Program-made: the position numbers and the translations under genes | DNA from: Felis catus | Taxonomy: Eukaryota | Reading direction: 5' to 3' | DNA: 64,000 bases | Assembly (NCBI RefSeq): GCF_018350175.1 | Contig: NC_058368.1 | Location: 130,202,001 to 130,266,000, forward strand | Shown: positions 1-11,825 of the stretch, piece by piece | How the letters are laid out: each line of letters starts with the position of its first letter | Numbering within the stretch: position 1 is the first letter of the stretch | The notes under the pieces: generated by a model | The model's input: the letters and a program-made list of their open reading frames with translations, nothing else | Database searches by the model: none | Told to the model about the DNA's origin: nothing

Positions 1-214
1 CAGTAAGGAAATAATATAACCAGGGAAAAGTACAATATTTTTTTCAAATGACATAACTGCCTACTCAGAATAAAATTATGAGGAATAAGGGAGGTGTTTA
101 GCAGGGTTTTCAGTTACAAAGTAAGTATATAAAATATCTACAGCTTCCCTATGTACAGTGAAAACCAGACAGAAGAAAAGGGAGGTCTCATTTATCTTCA
201 TAAACAGTTTAATA

Positions 215-411
215 GAGGCACACCTGGCTGACTCAGTTGGTTGGGCCTCTGACTCTTGATTTTAGCTCCGGTCATGATCTCAATCTCACAGTGGTGGGAT
301 CCAGCCCTGTGTTGGGTTCTGCACTGAGCATGGAGTCTGCTTACGATTCTTTCTCCCTCTCCCTCTGCTCTTCTCTCTTTCTGTCTCAAATTAAATAAAT
401 AAACATTGAAA
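215..411 (+). mobile_element. Can-SINE (SINEC), older copy
   Basis: tRNA-like head (CACCTGGCTGACTCAGTTGGTT...GGTCATGATCTC), (CT)n tract, AATAAA/A tail; TSD aaa(c/t)agtttaat at ~202 and ~412. Confidence 0.92.
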
Positions 412-577
412 AAATAGTTTAATGGACAGAAAGTGGTCTACAAATATATTGAAAGAAGAGATTAAACTGTGTTACACAAAAGATGGTAACAATAGCTTTC
501 TAAATATTAACTGTAGTTCTCATTGATAGGATAATGTTGCATACTAAAAATTACTGCTTTAATTTTCTTTTTATCTG

Positions 578-790
578 TTATTTTTTAAATTTTTTCTTTA
601 TTTATTTTTGAGACTAGAGTGTGAGCAAGGGAGGGTCAGAGAGACAGAGGGAGACTTAGAATCTGAAACAAGCTCCAAGCTCTGAGCATGTCAGCACAGA
701 ACCTGACATGGGACTTGAACTCACCAGCCATGAGATCATGACTTAAGCTGAAGTCAGGATGCTTAACTGACTGAGCCACCCAGGCTCCCT
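578..790 (-). mobile_element. Can-SINE (SINEC_Fc-like)
   Basis: poly-T, then GAGA tract, then ...GAGATCATGAC...CTGAGCCACCCAGGCTCCC; TSD tctttttatct on both sides. Confidence 0.92.
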
Positions 791-2089
791 TCTTTTTATC
801 TTTTAAAAATCTTTCTTATTTGATCTTTGTTATTTTTTTATTTTATAAGCTTTCTATATTCTAAGACAAATTACAAATAATTTTAAATATGCTATAATCT
901 GTGATTGCCAGATTCCCTAAGAACATCACTTGTAAGTTGATGATTGCAACAGCAATCCACATTTCAATTTGTACTGTCGAGAAAATATCAAAATTTGCAT
1001 AACATTTTGCCCAACATATGTCAATTTATTCTGCTGTATTTTCAGAAAAAATTATGATGGGAGATGAGTGTGGCCGCCGGATCAGAATGAAATTCAGCAT
1101 TTGTTCGATGTATTTCAAACATTTTAACACATTGGAAATGTGCTGCTCATTTACAAAGTGTCACAGCTACTTTTGTGAGCAATTTTTAGCAGAGTAATCT
1201 TTTGAATATTTAACCATCCACAATAAAACAGAATGTTCCAAATTCTATTTAGCAAATCTTTTAAATAAACAAAATGAAGTTCACAAGCTTTGATGTTGTA
1301 CTAATGGAAGAAAGTGCATCTCTCAAGTGGCGATGAATTCTGGATTACTGTCTGAAGCTGTGTTACTACTTTTGAATAGTGTTTTAAGGCAGATACTAGC
1401 CCTAATGATCTTATGAAGTATCATTGTGTTGCAGAAAACCTTTATTTTCATAAATAAAACAACAGGGTGGTCCGAAGAGATTCTAGTCCTTCACCTCTTT
1501 CCTGGTGCTTTAACATAAAGGACTGCCATGTAAAGTGCTCTCTCTGCTATTGAGCTAAAACCTGGGTAGATATTAAGAGCAAGTTCTGAGGTAGTTTCAG
1601 TAAGAACATTGTTTTGTAAAGTGGCTGATATGTGAAAGAGATCCTGGAAAGAGGGGCTAGAAGGGGAGGAGAAAGGAGGAGAATTTAGTGTGATCCCTCG
1701 TATTTGAGAATGAAGCATTATAAACAAGTCCACTCTTGGACGAGTGAAGAAACGTATAAAAATAGATTTCTTATTGAGGCAGAATGGGAGCCACACAGGG
1801 CCAAATCAGGTAGAATAGAGGTAGAGACAAGCTTTAAAACCAGGGTGGTGGGGGTGCTCGGTTGGGGTGTGTGTTATAATGAAAGGATGTTGTAATTTCT
1901 TGCCTTCTCTTCCAAGTTTTGGGCACCCCTCATGCTGTGCCCTCAGCTATGGCTGATTTGCTAGACAGTGCCAATGAGAACCCAATTATTTGGGCTATGG
2001 ATTATCAGCAATGAGACCTGGATTATTTCGTGTATTTACTGCTTCTTTAGGTGTTACATAAGCTAGAAATTCTAAAAGATTAATGTGCT

Positions 2090-2215
2090 AAGGGTGATAT
2101 AGGGGCTTGTCAAAAAGGTGATTCCTGGCCACTTCTCCCACTGTTTCTGATTCTGTAGGTTTGCCCTAGCGCACAGGGATATGCGTCTTTAATCAGGTCC
2201 CTGGGTGATTCTGCC
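2090..2215. mobile_element. MER5-like hAT-Charlie DNA transposon remnant
   Basis: GATTCCTGGCC...TTTCTGATTCTGTAGGT...CAGGGATATGCGTCTTTAATCAGGTCCCTGGGTGATTCTG resembles the MER5 consensus. Confidence 0.55.
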
Positions 2216-2765
2216 TTGACTTTGGTGTCCCTAAAAGGTGAGAGGGAAAGCTGAATGGGATCAAATGGCAAAATAGCATAGGAAATTGTGGGCAGTTCAC
2301 TCTCTCTGGCATGTTCTCTGCAGTACCTGATTTACTACAATTGACCTTTCAGGTAGGCAAGAGTGAGTAGGAGTGAGTGAGTCCACCAAGGAACTTGGAA
2401 GAAATGTGACACAGAGTCCTTCCCACACAGGAAATGCCATTTGTATTGGTGGCATCCAGAGGGGAACTCAGTAGAAAGTGACAATTTGAGAGGGATGGCT
2501 TCTACCAGAATCATGCCTTTTTCTTTCTCATCAGTATCTCAGAATTTACAAAGCCTTAGGAAGAGAAAGTTGATGGGACTTCTGGGCAGATGGCTCAGTA
2601 CACAGCACATTATGTTAGTACTAAGTCTTAGTGTGACTGTGGGTTGAATCAAGTAATCATCTCACCAAAAGAAAAATAAGCTTCTATGGAGCTGATCCTG
2701 ACCCATTTGAGAATTTGTAAACGAACTATAAAATCATAACTGTGCAAGAGGGACTCCATAGACAC

Positions 2766-2868
2766 TATATATATATATATACATATATACACACATATAT
2801 ATATGTATATATATATATACATATACACACATATGTATGTATATATATATATATACACACACACACAT
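2766..2868. repeat. Compound (TA)n/(CA)n/(TATG) microsatellite
   Basis: directly visible. Confidence 0.95.
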
Positions 2869-4938
2869 AGGCAAAAAGCCTGAAAAGCATAGAGTCTCCA
2901 GCCCTAATCAGCCCATTTAAAAATTGTGCCTCCTGAAGCTCTAGTATAATAGACCATTTGATCTTTATTTTAAGAGAACTCAAGACTGCACATTCTACAC
3001 AGGACTTTGCTCTATGAATAGGTCCGTAGTGTGCAATTTGTCCCTTTTTCAGCCATTACTTTTATACCACTTATTGCAGAATTATTTCTCAATTCTGCCT
3101 GCCAGGAGTACATATGTGTAAAGGCACCATTGTACTAATTCACAAAATTACTGGGAATGATGGAGAGATCTGATTGAATGGTTGCATTTTCAAATTGTGG
3201 ACTCCCACTTGGGGGATTAATTCAAAGGTTGGTTTTTCATATTCATATACACAGCAAGACTTTTAAAGGCTGGGAGTGCAGTGCTTATACGTGAGAGCAG
3301 GAGTGAAAAAGGATGTTAGAAGACCCTTCCCTGGCAGAAAAGAGCGAGGAAGAAGCCTAAGAGAGAAAGCAGCCAACTAGCAGGGTCACCCTGCAGGGAG
3401 TTTTCTGCCATGACCTCAGGAGGTCTGATCCTTAAGCTTAGTGGAGTTAACATATAGCCAAGATGTTGGAATAATGCTGAGGAAGAAGAATAATATGTAT
3501 TAGATTGTAACTTGGAGCCTCTGATTTCATTATCAAGAGGGAGGAATATTTGGTGATGGGAAATTTGGCCAAGCTGTTAGATTGGGCCACATGGTGGGTA
3601 GGAGATGGCAAGACCACAACTAAAGATGTGTTGTGCATGTGTTGAGATCTGTTTCATCCTCTTTCAAATAGTTCTGGTTCCTAAGCTTATTTTTGTCAAG
3701 TGGTATGTTTTAGAGGTAAAAGTTTGGTATGGATTATAACTTGAAGAATTGCTGAAGTTTCTTTCCTGAGCTTGATTATCAGGGAGAAAATAGATGCATT
3801 ATCTGAACACGGAGAGTAATGCTGTTCTGGAATTTGAGGTGTCATATCTTGTTTCCTGGAGATAACCCTAAATCCAATGGTATCAAAACTTTTACAACAA
3901 ACTTTTAAAAAAATAAAGATATTTTGTGAAGCCAGAGCTACCTGAAGGGCTTAAATAGATTCAGTCATAGCAATGTCACTAACTGGGGTCTTTGGAGTGA
4001 TATAAACTTGGGCAATGACTAGCATTTTTCACATAATTTTGATACAGTGACATCTGGTTGTATTGACTTGCTAGCTAATTGTTTGAGTTATGGGATTACA
4101 AAATTTGTGAAGTGTTACAAATTCTTTTTAATGAAAAAAGTCTAACAAGGGAATGGAAGGCAAATTTGGTTCTGTGAAATACAACCAAGGACCAAGCAGT
4201 AAATGTGAATTAAATCCTCGTCAGCAACATTTTGTTTATTGTAATTTGATCCCCATTAGCATACCACATGTTCATTTTCCAGTGCAAATTTAAAAGGAAA
4301 TTTACCCACATTAAGAATTAATTTAATGATTAATTAGGGTTGGTGTCCACAGCAACCTTGCATTACATTTATTAAAATAGAAATGTACTTGTTCCTGTGT
4401 TTTGGGGCTTAGGCATTTTCCCATTATTAGACATTCCTTCTATCTCCCTTTTCTTTTTACTAGCTATATACCCAGATCAAATCCAAGGATAAAAGCATTT
4501 CATTAAGCTTGAGAAAAACTAGCATGATATCGTAAAGACAATAGACCAAGAGAAAGAGAGAACCCCTGTCAGTACTGGAACAGTTTCTTCAGTATGCTTA
4601 CTGTCATAATCATTTTTCCCAAGGAACATCTACCCTTTCCCATTATATTCTCTTGTTAGAATTAACATTTTACTTCCTTTTTGACAGGAAAATTTTTTTA
4701 TAGTTTTCTGTTTTCCTTTTTTTTTTTTTTGCTTTTTTAATCCCTTTATTCTTTTTTTCTTTTAACTTGCTGTACTTAAAGTAAATCCCTAATAGCATGA
4801 GTTACTTCATTATAAACCTCTTCAGAATGTGGCATTTCCTTCCATAGCCACAGAACCATGCTCACACCTCCTCTTTAATTTGAAGAAGGCTCTTGTCAGA
4901 TTGCAGTAAATAACTTGTCTGGTACTTGGATTAGCCCA

Positions 4939-4975
<37 letters not shown>

Positions 4976-4979
4976 TGCT

Positions 4980-5026
<47 letters not shown>

Positions 5027-5028
5027 TT
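4939..5028. repeat. Compound (TGGC)n-(TTTA)n tetranucleotide microsatellite
   Basis: directly visible, with a TTGC transition between the two arrays. Confidence 0.95.
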
Positions 5029-6559
5029 CTGTTTTCCTAACTGATGAGTCATCTTGACTTTGGAAGACAAAGGGAGGATTGAAGAGTTTGTTCTCAGATA
5101 AGATAAAACTATTTATGCCTGATAAGTAGAATCATTAGTGTCTCCTAACTTTTAGACTTGCATTTGCTGCTGTTTAGAGGATCATCTGTGTAATTATCCT
5201 AAAAGTGTGTAAGTGTCTCCGGGAAAGTTGTAAAGAGAAAGTTCCTTGACGGTGTGTTAAAAATCTTTTTGAACAGGAGTTACACAAATTATACACATGT
5301 GTTTGTACACTTTATAATATAGTAACATCCTACATTTAATCATATAGAAGAGGCTTCTGTGGAATCTGTGACTCTGGGAAGATTTTAGAGGGTTTTAATG
5401 AGAGGGACATTTGGTGCAGTGAAGAGAGCAGTGAAGTAGAAATTACCCTACGTGGCACCTCCTGTGGGTTGAGGAACCCCACTTTCCTAGGCAGAACCAA
5501 TCACTGGTATTATTGTCCTTGAGGGGTAGTATGACTTGGAGGTGGCTTCTCAGTCGCTGGTAACATTTTGCTTCTTGATTTTGGTGCTGAGTACCTAAGG
5601 GCGTTCATTTTGTGAAAATGATGTCTATACTTTTCTGATTGTGTGCAACACTTAAATACAAAGTTAAGAGGATGTTTGGCATCTGATATTAAGGAGGAAA
5701 ATGCAGTCATGGTTTTGGTGACAGTGGCAACAACAAAATCCCTTGCCTTCTATTCCCATTGTATCCTGTGCATACCTCCACTATTGCACTTTCCACAGGA
5801 TGTTCTAATTATCTGTTATGTAACTGTCACCACTGTTAGACTGTGACCACCAGCAGAGTAGGAAAGAAAACAGCTTGCAAAAAATGTCTAGATCAGTGCC
5901 TGGCACTCGTTTGAGCTCCCTAGTTGATTGCTTAGTACATCAGGGATTTAATGAAAGGAAGAATGATTTTTGTTTTTACTCTGCATGTGGGTAACCACAT
6001 TATATTATATTGCCCCCAAAACCTTGCTAGGTACACTTGTCAGGTGGAAAAATAAGAGATTTCAATACAGCTTGGCTAAGACTTTCTCTAGTTTGAGAAT
6101 TCTATGAGATCCTATTAAAAATACGGCATAGACATGCCAGAATTATTTTAGAAGGTTAAACATATCCTATGGTGATTGAAATTAGTGAAGATAAGGATAA
6201 CCCGAGAAATGAAAACTGGAAATAAAAGACAGTTTTAAATGTAAGTAGGGCTTCTGATGTATGGAAATAAAAATTGAGTTAATCTTCGGAGTGTTGTATT
6301 TCTTAGTTTAATTCAATCTTTCATTTTCTGTAAGAGAAAAGCATTTTATATAACACGAATTTGTGATGATGAAGCACAAAATAAAAAGTAAACAGCCAAT
6401 TTCTCTCTTAAGAAAATTCTTCTAGACAGGAAGGAGTAATAGAGACTGGTTTTATCCTCCTACCTAAAAATTGGACAAAATATAGAAAACAGTGGTTTTC
6501 AGACATTGTATGTGTGGCAGTGTAGGACATTAATCTCTGTGATTGAGAAGCCAGATGCT

Positions 6560-7285
6560 TTTCTTCAAGACAAGGGAGGAGTGACCCCCCTAAATAACTG
6601 AGGGATCATCAGGGATTTCACTGCCACCATAGGCCCAGAGAGCATGGGCCAGAAGGCTCAACGGTTTCAAAGGATGGGGCTGCCTCTGTAGTTCAGGGGA
6701 CCAAGGTGCCCCATTCAGGGTCTCGGTCAGAGGGAGCGAGGGGGCCCAGCACAGAGCTGTGGCACGGGCAGGGCTCTGGAAGACAGCTGTGATATGGGCA
6801 GCACCGCACCAAGCCACAAGCAACCTTCCCAATCCAGGGGGTCCAGAAGACAGAGCATTGAGCCAAAGAGGGTTATTTTTGAGCCTCGTGGCCTGATGTA
6901 ATTTGCCGTGTTAGGTTTTGGACTTGGAATCTGTCTGTCACTCTTTTCTTCTTTCTCCCTTTTGGAATGGGACTGTCTTTCCTAAGCCTGTCCCACCATT
7001 GTGTTTGGCGGCACATATCCTGTCTGGTTTCACAGGTTGGCACCTGGATGGGAGCTTTGTCTCCGGATGGATTGTACTTCCAGTGTGCTGCAGGTCTGAT
7101 TGAGACGATGTGTAGGAGACTTTGGACTTTAGACTTAGACTTGACCCTGGGAAGAGTCAAGTCACTTTCAGGTTAATGACTGTATTAACACAAATTATGT
7201 ATTAATTATGTGCTAATGTTGGGGGTGAACTGAATGTATTTTGTGTCTGAGAAGGACATACGTTTTGGGGTTCAGTGGGGTGAAA
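6560..7285 (+). mobile_element. MaLR internal region (MLT1A-int-like), 3' part
   Basis: AGACAGAGCATTGAGCCAAAGAGG, TTTCTCCCTTTTGGAATGGG, GACTTTGGACTTTAGACTT, and a purine-rich end GGGGTGAAA abutting an LTR. Confidence 0.75.
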
Positions 7286-7614
7286 TGCTATGGACTGAAT
7301 ATTTAAAAATTCATATCGTGAAGCTTAATACCCAATGTGATGGTATTAGGAGGTGGGCCTTTGGGAGATGAAGGGCACAAAGCCCTCATGAGTGGGATTA
7401 GTGCTTTTATCAAAGAAACCCTGAAAACTCTCTTGCCCCTTCTGCCATGTGAGGACACAGTGAGAAGACAGCTGTCTATACCAGCCTACCAGGAAGTAGG
7501 CTCTCACCAGGCACTGAATTTGGACCTCCCAGCCTTCAGGAAAAAAAAAGAAAAAGAAGAAAAAAAATTAAAAAAAATATATTCATTCAGTAGCAGCCTA
7601 AATGGATGAAGACA
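7286..7614 (+). mobile_element. MLT1A/MLT1A0-like MaLR LTR
   Basis: starts TGCTATGGACTGAAT; contains TGTGATGGTATTAGGAGGTGGGCCTTTGGGAG and CCATGTGAGGACACAGTGAGAAG; ends GAAGACA. Confidence 0.85.
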
Positions 7615-7907
7615 TCATCCGTTAAACATAGGAAATGAGGCTCTTACCCATCCTCTGACCTTCTTCCCCATCCCCCTCTCCACTGCCCCAGCCCCATAAG
7701 TTAATAGTTTTTCCCCATAGCTGGCTTGTCCAGGAGTAAAAGAATAATTATACTACTTTCAGCTACCAACCAAGAGGGAAAGACAAAAATCACCCCGTCA
7801 GTTGGGACTAAAGTAGACATTTTTTTCCCTTTGTTTTATAAGTAGGTCCTTAATACTGTTGCGGTGTTAGAAAAATTATGCTTCAGCATTTGACTGTCAG
7901 ATGTTAT

Positions 7908-8290
7908 GTTGTGTAGGCTTTAGGGCTTTCCACCAAATATTTCTGGTTTTCTTCCCTTGAAGCCCATGATAGGGCTGTATTTCTCAGCCACACTGTGGCT
8001 ATCTGGGGCCAAAGGATCAGTCGTGGCCAAAGATTTGTGAGAAGTGACGTGTGTCAATTCTAGGCTGGAACATTGAGCCATTGGTATGAGATCATCGGAA
8101 CTCTTTCCATCCTCTGTGCATTGATCTGTAATTTCAGGGGAGGTGGCTGCTTTGCCTGCCTGAGTCCCAGAGTAATGATGATGAGCAAAGTCTCCCTGCC
8201 TATCTGTGGTTGCACATAGAGTATGAGTGTAAAAGGTGCCTTTTTTGTTTTAAGCCGTGAAAATTTCTTTCCATCTAAGAGGGGTATTTG
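7908..8290 (+). mobile_element. Old MaLR LTR (MLT1I/J-like)
   Basis: GAAGTGACGTGTGTCAATTCTAGGCTGGAA, GGTGGCTGCT...CCTGAGTCCCAGAGT, TTGTTTTAAGCC. Confidence 0.7.
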
Positions 8291-8765
8291 TAGGATTAGA
8301 TGATATGTTTTTATAAAAATATTTTTTAAATGTTCACATTTTAATAGCAAAAATGGTATAGAAAATTTATAGCTTTCGGTAATTTTTTTTTAAAGTGTAG
8401 TATGGTAAAACAAAGTGCATTAGTTTTAGACTTAGACTGAGGTCAAGACAGTTCTGTTACATCAGGGTCAAGGCAGATAATTCCCTGAGCTCCTCAGATA
8501 AAGAGGATATTCCTATGTCTGCACTAATGTGATTTTTTATTTTTGGCTTTAAAAAAATGTAATCATAATACCATTATTACACATACAAATTTGACAATTA
8601 TTCCTAAATGATTAAATATCCAGTTATTGATGATATTTACCAATTTTCTTCATAATTCTTCTTCATAGTTTATATAAATCAAGATACAAAAAACAAGGTG
8701 CCTCTTTTTCTGTGTTATTTGAAATCTCCTTTCTTTTTTTAAAATTTTTTTTAATGTTTATTTTT

Positions 8766-10344
8766 CCTCTAAGGAATTTTTATTTTTTTAATTAATTAAT
8801 TTTTAATTTACATCCATGTTAGCATATAGTGCAACAGCAATTTCAGGAGGAGATTCCTTAGTGCGCCTTACCCATTTAGCCCATCCCCCCTCCCACAACC
8901 CCTCCCAAACCCCTGTTTTCTATATTTAAGAGTCTCTTATGTTTTGTACCCCTCCCTGTTTTTATATTATTTTTCTTCCCTTATGTTCATCTGTTTTGTA
9001 TCTTAGATTCCTCCTATGAGTGAAGTCATAGGATATTTGTCTTTCTCTGACTAATTTCACTTAGCATAATACCCTCTGGTTCCATCCATGTAGTTACAAA
9101 TGGCAAGATTTCATTCTTTTCAATTGCCGAGTAGTACTCCATTGTATATATATACCACATCTTCTTTATCCACTCATCCATCGATGGAACATTTGCGCTC
9201 TTTCCATACTTTGGCTATTGTCAGTAGCGCTGTTATAAACATTGGGGTGCCTGTGCCCCTTCGAAACAGCACACCTGTATCCCTTGGATAAATGCCTAGT
9301 ATTGCAATTGCTGGGTCGAAGGGTAGTTCTATTTTTAATTTTTTGAGGAACCTCCATACTGTTTTCCAGAGTGGCTGTACCAGTTTGCATTCCCACCAGC
9401 AGTGCAAAAGAGATCCTCTTTCTCTGTAATCTCGCCAACATCTGTTGTTGCCTGAGTTGTTAATGTTAGCCATGCTGACAGGTGTGAGGTTGTATCTCCC
9501 TGTGGTTTTGATTTGTTATTTCCCTGATGATGAGTGGCATTGAGCATTTTTCCATGTGTTGGTTGGCCATCTGGATGTCTTCTTTGGAGAAGTGTCTATT
9601 CAGATCTTTTTCCCATTTCTTCATTGGATTATTTGTTTTTCGGGTGTTGAGTTTGATAAGTTCTTTATGGATTTTGGATACTAATCCTATGTCTGCTGTG
9701 TCATTTCTAAATATCTTCTCCAATTCTATCAGTTGTCTTTTAGTTTTGCTGATTGTTTCCTTAGCTGTGCAGAAGCTTTTTATTTTGATGAGGTCCCTAT
9801 TGGGACCTTCATTTTTGCTTTTGTTTCCCTTGCCTCTGGAGATGTGTTGAGTAAGTTGCTGCAGCTGAGGTCAAAGAGGTTTTTGCCTGCTTTCTCCTCA
9901 AGGATTTTGATGGCTTCCTGTCTTATGTTTAGGCCTTTCATCCATTTTGAGTTTATTTTTGTGTAGAGTGTAAGAAAGCAGTCCAGGTTCATTCTTCTCC
10001 ATGTCACTGTCCAGTTTTCCCAGTGCCATTTGCTGAACAGACTGTCTTTATTCCATTGGATATTGTTTCCTGTTTTGTCAAAGATTAGTTGGCCATACAT
10101 TTGTGGGTCCATTTCTGGGTTTTCTATTCTGTCCCATTGATCTGTTTTTGTGCCAGTACCATACTGTCTTGATGATTATAGCTTTGTAATATATCTTGAA
10201 GTCTGGGATTGTAATGCTTCCAGCTTTCTTTTTCTTTTTCAAGATTGCTTTGGCTCTTCAGGTTCTTTTCTGGTTGCATACAAATTTTAGGATTATTTGT
10301 TCTAGCTCTGTGAAGAATGCTGGTGTTATTTTCATAGGGATTGC
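8766..10344 (-). mobile_element. 5'-truncated carnivore/felid LINE-1 (ORF2 C-terminus plus 3' UTR), disrupted
   Basis: minus-strand ORF fragments [46 protein letters not shown] and YGQLIFDK are L1 ORF2; T-rich tail at the left end. Confidence 0.97.
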
Positions 10345-10362
10345 TGCACTACTGTGATTTTT

Positions 10363-10566
10363 AATTTTTTTTTGCTTGTTTCATATTTTAGAAAGAGAGT
10401 GCTAATAGGTGAGAGGAGGAGAGGGAGAGAGGGCGGGGGGAGAGAGAATCCCAAGCAGGCTCCATGCTGAGTCTAGACATGGGGCTTGATCTCATGACCC
10501 TGGGACCATGACCTGAGCTGGAATCAAGAGTTGGACACTGAAGCAACTGAACCACTCAGGTGCCCC
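10363..10566 (-). mobile_element. Can-SINE
   Basis: AATCCCAAGCAGGCTCC...CTGAACCACTCAGGTGCCCC; TSD actactgt(g/a)attttt. Confidence 0.92.
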
Positions 10567-10666
10567 AACTACTGTAATTTTTAAGTAAGACCATTCTATA
10601 TGAAGTGGCTGGCACAAGAATAATAATAGTCAATATTTATTTAGTACTTAATCCGTTTATGTATAT

Positions 10667-11007
10667 TGCTATGAAAGGAATTGCATTCCCCCCAAATTCA
10701 TAACCTGTGATGTAACTGTATGTGTAGATGGGATCTTTGGGAGCTAATTAGGGTGAGGTGAAGTCATGGAGGTGGGTCCCTTATGATGGTATCAGGAGCT
10801 TTTTAGGAAGAGGAGGAGAGAGAGGTGTGAAGACAATGAAAAGATGGCAGTCTGTAAGCCAGAAAGAGGGTCCACACCTGGAAGCAAAGACTTCAAGAAC
10901 CTTGATCTCTGATTTTCCTGCCACCAGAACCATGAAAAAATACACTTCTGTTGTTTAAACCACCCAGTGTATGGTATTATGTTATGGAAGCCCAAGCAGA
11001 CCTATTA
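10667..11007 (+). mobile_element. MLT1A/B-like MaLR solo LTR
   Basis: TGCTATG start, CCCCAAATTCATA, CCTTGATCTCTGATTTTCCTGCCACCAGAAC, TGTTGTTTAAACCACCCAGTGTATGGTA. Confidence 0.85.
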
Positions 11008-11029
11008 ATTCACATATTAATTCACTTAA

Positions 11030-11180
11030 TCATCACCATAGCTCTCTGAAATAAGTCATATTATTAGTCCGTTTCTGCAGATAGAAAAACTGAAGATGGA
11101 GAATAAAATCCTTGCTCAAGGTCACCGTGATTCCAACCCATGCAGTCAGACTCCAAACCCATGCTCTTAACCACTGTGCA
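11030..11180 (-). mobile_element. MIR SINE
   Basis: TTCTGCAGATAGAAAAACTGAAG...CTTGCTCAAGGTCAC...GACTCCAAACCCATGCTCTTAACCACTGTGC. Confidence 0.75.
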
Positions 11181-11714
11181 GTATATGAAAACACTGTGCA
11201 AAATCTCAAATATAAGCCATCTGTTAGAACTGACGAGCTCATTCTAGGAGGCTCACTGCCAGCTCAGTGAGATGCCTTCATGTTTCATATTGTGGCTCCT
11301 CATGGGACAGGGTGTAGTGCAGCTGGTGTAGTCATTTGGTTGCTCACTTATAATTATAGGACAGAAAACAACAATAGCTGTGTTATTTTTGAGCCCAGAG
11401 GATAGGCCTTTAGGGCTGTGGGGTTGGGGGGATGGATAGAACACTTAGCTTGGCTCTTTAAAAATGAGATTGACTTGAAATGTTTGAACATGAGTTCTTT
11501 GTAGTCCACTGTGGGTAGCTGCAGAACACCACCCCCCACAACAATGGTACTCATGACCTTGAGGTCAGTTCCCAGGCATGTACATTCCTTTACTCAGGAG
11601 GCTCAACCTTTTGGGTAATTGTGTATTCAGTGGCTCCCTCATCCTGTCTCTAAACGCAAAGTTGTTCTTTGTGTAGACATGATGCTAATGTCATTCTCTT
11701 TTCCCTGCATACAG

Positions 11715-11825
11715 ATGGAGCATACAGAGGAGCCAGATGGACTTGTGGTGGCTCGAGGACAAGGCTTCAGCAGGAGATTATACTAATCACTGACTCGTAC
11801 GCCTGTGAGCTTGAGTTCTACGTAG
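11715..11825 (+). other. Candidate internal exon (111 nt) of an unidentified + strand gene, probably 5'-UTR/non-coding
   Basis: branch-like GCTAAT, polypyrimidine tract TCATTCTCTTTTCCCTGCATACAG|, consensus donor TAG|GTAAGC; non-repetitive sequence with retained CpGs. Confidence 0.55.

Noticed and set aside
9100..10112. ORFs with real protein similarity (also 48256-50654 and 52868-54370)
   Set aside because: Frameshifted, stop-riddled L1 ORF2 fragments, not host genes or an intact element.
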